The notes beneath the pieces are model-generated. The model was not told where the DNA came from and did not search any database. It saw nothing but the letters and a program-made list of their open reading frames with translations. The position numbers and the translations under genes are program-made. A stretch of 64,000 nt of DNA from Candidatus Latescibacterota bacterium. GTDB lineage: Bacteria; Latescibacterota; UBA2968; GCA-2709665. The stretch is from NCBI GenBank assembly GCA_965226795.1, contig CBDDDZ010000002.1, positions 160,001-224,000 on the forward strand, read 5' to 3'. Positions 61,801-64,000 of the stretch are shown piece after piece. The stretch's first letter is position 1. Each line of letters starts with the position of its first letter.

Positions 61801-62477
61801 CGGATGGCCAGGAGGTCTGGCAGCGGCAGATCGAACACCACGCCGCACGGACGATGGTGGTTGGAGACGTGGAGGGAGATGGAAAGCAGGAGATCCTGGT
61901 GGGCGCTGAATATTACAACTCGAATCTGCTGGAGGCCGATGGGAGGATCCGGTGGACGGTTCAGGGTGGTCCCTGTTTTTCGGCGCTGGCGCTGACGGAT
62001 CTGAATGGCAACGGGGTGAAGGAATCTGTTTACGGCGCCATGGACGGGAATGTCTACGCGGTGGATTCTATCTCCGGAGAGATCCTCTGGACGGCCAACC
62101 TGGGAGATGACGTCCGGCACGGCGTGGTGGTGGGTGGGAACGGGTTCGCGGCCGGGAGCGTGAGTGGGCAGGTGGCGCTGTTGAGCGGCAGCGGAGAAAA
62201 GCGCTGGCACCGGGACCTCGACGGAGGGGTGACCGGACTCGTCCTTCTTGAGGCCGCAGGTGAGGAGATGATCGTCGCGGGAACTTCGGAAGGATGGATT
62301 GTGTTCCTGTCCCTCGAGGGGGAGATTGTCGGTAACCATCGCATGGAAGCGGGCGTGACCGTGTTGACCCCCCTGGCGCTGCCCGGGGTGTCCGGTCTGC
62401 TGGTGGGTACGGACGGCTGGACGGTGAGCGCTTTCAGGGCTCGTCCGGAACTTTTCGATTTGCGGATGAATCCGTGA
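58809..62477 (+). CDS. Lyase-like + beta-propeller protein (paralog 6)
   Basis: Close paralog of 52618-55995; RQNHW and AHGHEDGNS motifs. Confidence 0.7.
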   Translation: MAEERIERLKKMHLATDLREGAEIVAPADPAWAPFGRRLREMIRAHAGVALPVVDPAGLSPLPAGRHRVLLGNAMINESIMALYRRQYAYVDEFYPGGDGYAIRTVHNPENCGRNVLLVGASRVEGAAAAMEVLEGVLARTGGRLGYTNLSRSEVHETLLPEMTPEAFREWVAEMFRNNLSYYPVEQGTFLGLVHHLTHDPGCARMFRDALFYYEDLVRNRYGGNWLFEHMLFIYSWAWRLFMVWDLIEESDAFTDAERLRITNVLWGLANYVAGTRYFKKETPPPVEIRQNHWTFAGLSGSFCARYFEAYYGITEFEKQTRFSQAVFDGQAESYKPNDDAGGGWWGYCWLAPYHQVIYDLKRDDFRFLENGQLRAFADYGIQVTDNLGVPVSFGDAWSYIEPGRYAVALKNKTISLEFAMALCTAAWYYEDGSYLWALDWMGGAPYPGCYYRELPKSVPDRLAGIAISPFNRSLYEWVERHARGGANVPIEEAFDKLVLRGGFERDDEYLLLDGTSTFAHGHEDGNSIERLTWKGRMWLAELDYIWKRPRHHGSVVSICGGETVESPPLVALKWAEEFGRTAFTRTVVPGYNGVDWTRDIFWVKGGFFLVADSLRLLQDADYDLRCLWRTLGEVRQHGSELTVEQKGVYFRIQNADDSEKSLVTEEARVAGTDPYELYAFADGPIRIFSQHKALHGQQGHVERYFNLMVAGSQAEIDAWRIERIGEGLVRVEHTDGPAVFGITDGEAQIGGFRIAADAFALTESSIVLLNGTGLWADGVMFETEAPVHVMLYPGGGRGEVRVNEETRIRTEGICLDGAAAPDTLPAGTHEMTFESGSPDVLYEAVRAGASYTHRRAPKAHGFVPTDTLPLRRLWEAQVEGPVRCADVGGESTAVGTSGGQVLLLDRDGRIRWKRETGAEVRAVHLADLEVGGLLTGGRDRALTLFDSDGEVCWRRSFSESHGVDQNVNAVTTADLTGDGNRVILAATDGWLVWALAPDGQEVWQRQIEHHAARTMVVGDVEGDGKQEILVGAEYYNSNLLEADGRIRWTVQGGPCFSALALTDLNGNGVKESVYGAMDGNVYAVDSISGEILWTANLGDDVRHGVVVGGNGFAAGSVSGQVALLSGSGEKRWHRDLDGGVTGLVLLEAAGEEMIVAGTSEGWIVFLSLEGEIVGNHRMEAGVTVLTPLALPGVSGLLVGTDGWTVSAFRARPELFDLRMNP

Positions 62478-62570
62478 GGGTATAAATTAGGTGATTCATC
62501 CAGCTTCGATTTGCTGCCCGATTCACGAGGTATGGCTTCGTCTTCAAACCCGTTTTTGGAGAGCAATACC

Positions 62571-63512
62571 ATGAAATTCGCACTCGTCCTGAATCCGCTT
62601 GACGAAGAACGGATGGCCCTCGCCCGCCAGATCGGCGTGACAGACTTAGTGACGAAGCTGCCCAACGGCGGTCCGATCTGGGATTTCGACGCCATCGTCC
62701 ATCACAAGGAACGCATCGCCGACGCGGGTCTCACGTGGTCCGTAGTGGAGTCCGTACCCATCTCAGACCGTATCACGCTGGGTCTGGAAGGCCGGGACGA
62801 GGACATCGACGCCTACTGCAAGACCATCCGCAACCTGGGAGCAGCCGGCATCGGAATCATGTGCTGGAACTGGATGGCCGTGTTCAACTGGATGCGCACC
62901 TCCTTCACCACGCGCGGCCGGGGAAACGCCTTTGTGAGCAGCTACGATCACACGCTGATGGAGGACGCGCCCCTTACGGAATACGGGGAAGTGAGCGAAG
63001 CGCTGCTCTGGGAAACCCTGGAGTACTTTCTCGAAAGGGTCATTCCCGTGGCCGAAGAGGCGGGTGTCAAACAGGCGCTGCATCCCGACGATCCGCCCCT
63101 GTCGCCGGTGAGGGGAATCGGCCGCATCATCACCAGCGTAGACGCCTTCCAGCGTGTGGTCGACATGATTCCAAGTGAATATAACGGGATTACCTTCTGT
63201 CAGGGCAACTTCGCCGCGATGGGCGCGGACGTGCCGGCCACCATCCGCCGGTTTGCGGACAAGATCCATTTTGCCCACTTCCGCGACGTGAGAGGCGTGG
63301 TGCCCCGTTTCGAGGAGACCTTCCACGACGAGGGCGACACGGACATGGCCGAGTGCATCCGGGCGTACCGGGACAACGGTTTCACCGGGCCCATTCGTCC
63401 CGACCACGTCCCGGTCCTGTCCGGCGAAGCCAACGACCCGCCCGGCTACACCCTGATGGGCAGGCTCTACGCCGTCGGCTACATGAAAGGGCTGTTGGAC
63501 GGAACGGCGTAA
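62571..63512 (+). CDS. uxuA: Mannonate dehydratase
   Basis: WSVVESVP, CWNWM..FNWMRT, LHPDDPP, GITFCQG, HFAHFRDV, RPDHVP, GRLYAVGYMKG. Confidence 0.92.
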   Translation: MKFALVLNPLDEERMALARQIGVTDLVTKLPNGGPIWDFDAIVHHKERIADAGLTWSVVESVPISDRITLGLEGRDEDIDAYCKTIRNLGAAGIGIMCWNWMAVFNWMRTSFTTRGRGNAFVSSYDHTLMEDAPLTEYGEVSEALLWETLEYFLERVIPVAEEAGVKQALHPDDPPLSPVRGIGRIITSVDAFQRVVDMIPSEYNGITFCQGNFAAMGADVPATIRRFADKIHFAHFRDVRGVVPRFEETFHDEGDTDMAECIRAYRDNGFTGPIRPDHVPVLSGEANDPPGYTLMGRLYAVGYMKGLLDGTA

Positions 63513-63529
63513 GGTCCTTGCCCCACCTG

Positions 63530-63555
63530 CGGAATCGCCAAACGCGGCGATTCCG
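63530..63555. terminator. 10-bp stem hairpin after uxuA (possible terminator or stability element)
   Basis: CGGAATCGCC-aaacgc-GGCGATTCCG; no strong U-tract. Confidence 0.4.
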
Positions 63556-63600
63556 GCAAATCGATTTCAGAAGTACAGTCGATTGTAAGATCGGGATTCC

Positions 63601-64000
63601 ATGCGCGACATCAGAATCGGCGCCGCCCAGTTCGAAGCGAGAGACGCCGACAAGCCCTACAACCTTTCCCGGATCGAGGCCCTCACGAGGCAGGCCGTCG
63701 ATAAGGGCGCAGAAATCGTCTGCTTCCACGAATGCTGCATTCCCGGATACACCTTTCTGCAGACCCTTTCGCGTTCCCGCCTGGTCGAACTGGCCGAACC
63801 CGTTCCGGGCGGCCCCTCCACGAAACGCCTTGTCGACATCGCAAGGGAATACAACGTCGCGGTCCTCGCCGGACTTGTCGAATCGGAAAACGACGCCCTG
63901 TATAACACCTGCGTCGCCGTGGGTCCGGACGGTTTCGTCGCGAAGCATCGCAAGCTGCACGCGTTCATCAGCAAATTCATCGCCTCCGGCGACGCGTTTA
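63601..64000 (+). CDS. Nitrilase/carbon-nitrogen hydrolase family protein (runs off the window end)
   Basis: MRDIRIGAAQFE..., catalytic Glu in CFHEC, YNT and Lys in HRKLH; absent from the ORF track because it has no stop in the window. Confidence 0.88.
   Translation, partial: MRDIRIGAAQFEARDADKPYNLSRIEALTRQAVDKGAEIVCFHECCIPGYTFLQTLSRSRLVELAEPVPGGPSTKRLVDIAREYNVAVLAGLVESENDALYNTCVAVGPDGFVAKHRKLHAFISKFIASGDAF

Noticed and set aside
59439..62339. 966 aa reverse-strand ORF, and similar long antisense ORFs at 34110-35792, 37341-39134, 42700-44115 and 54427-56049
   Set aside because: Antisense shadows of GC-rich genes with biased codon usage; no recognisable motifs
62466..62499. Inverted repeat GGATGAATC...GATTCATCC around the stop of paralog 6
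   Set aside because: Only a 9-bp stem with a long loop and no second copy seen; too weak to call
1..64000. tRNA/rRNA genes, integrase, reverse transcriptase (retron/DGR)
   Set aside because: None recognised by eye; tRNAscan/Infernal would be needed to exclude small RNAs

Overview
Bacterial window with two halves. The first (about 1-26.9 kb) is a decaying anti-phage defence island on a DUF1156 methyltransferase / Swt1-HEPN-DUF499 ATPase (restriction-like, BREX-related) backbone. Its cargo includes a PIN nuclease, a HigA remnant, two ABC/AAA-ATPase+partner pairs, a PHP-ATPase, an AlbA_2-HATPase, DUF488, a pentapeptide protein and a MazF-type TA, plus IS1380- and IS1182-family elements with visible IRs and target duplications. 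Two oddities stand out: (i) both tandem methyltransferases carry an intact REP-associated tyrosine transposase (RAYT) domain with its flanking REP hairpins inserted in frame, and that tract is almost identical between otherwise diverged paralogs; (ii) the IS1380 transposase has been hit four times by 19-30 bp CCTGYCTG...CAGRCAGG palindromic micro-insertions, always at a GC dinucleotide. The second half (about 27.1-64 kb) is a glycan/uronate catabolic cluster: six paralogous ~1100-1220 aa heparinase II/III-like lyase + FG-GAP/PQQ beta-propeller proteins, a further heparinase-like protein, a beta-helix/PKD protein, a PhyH-type oxygenase with an HxG motif, two DUF6785-like membrane proteins, a sugar ABC transporter, mannonate dehydratase and a nitrilase-family gene cut by the window end. 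Family assignments come from motif recognition by eye, not from database searches.
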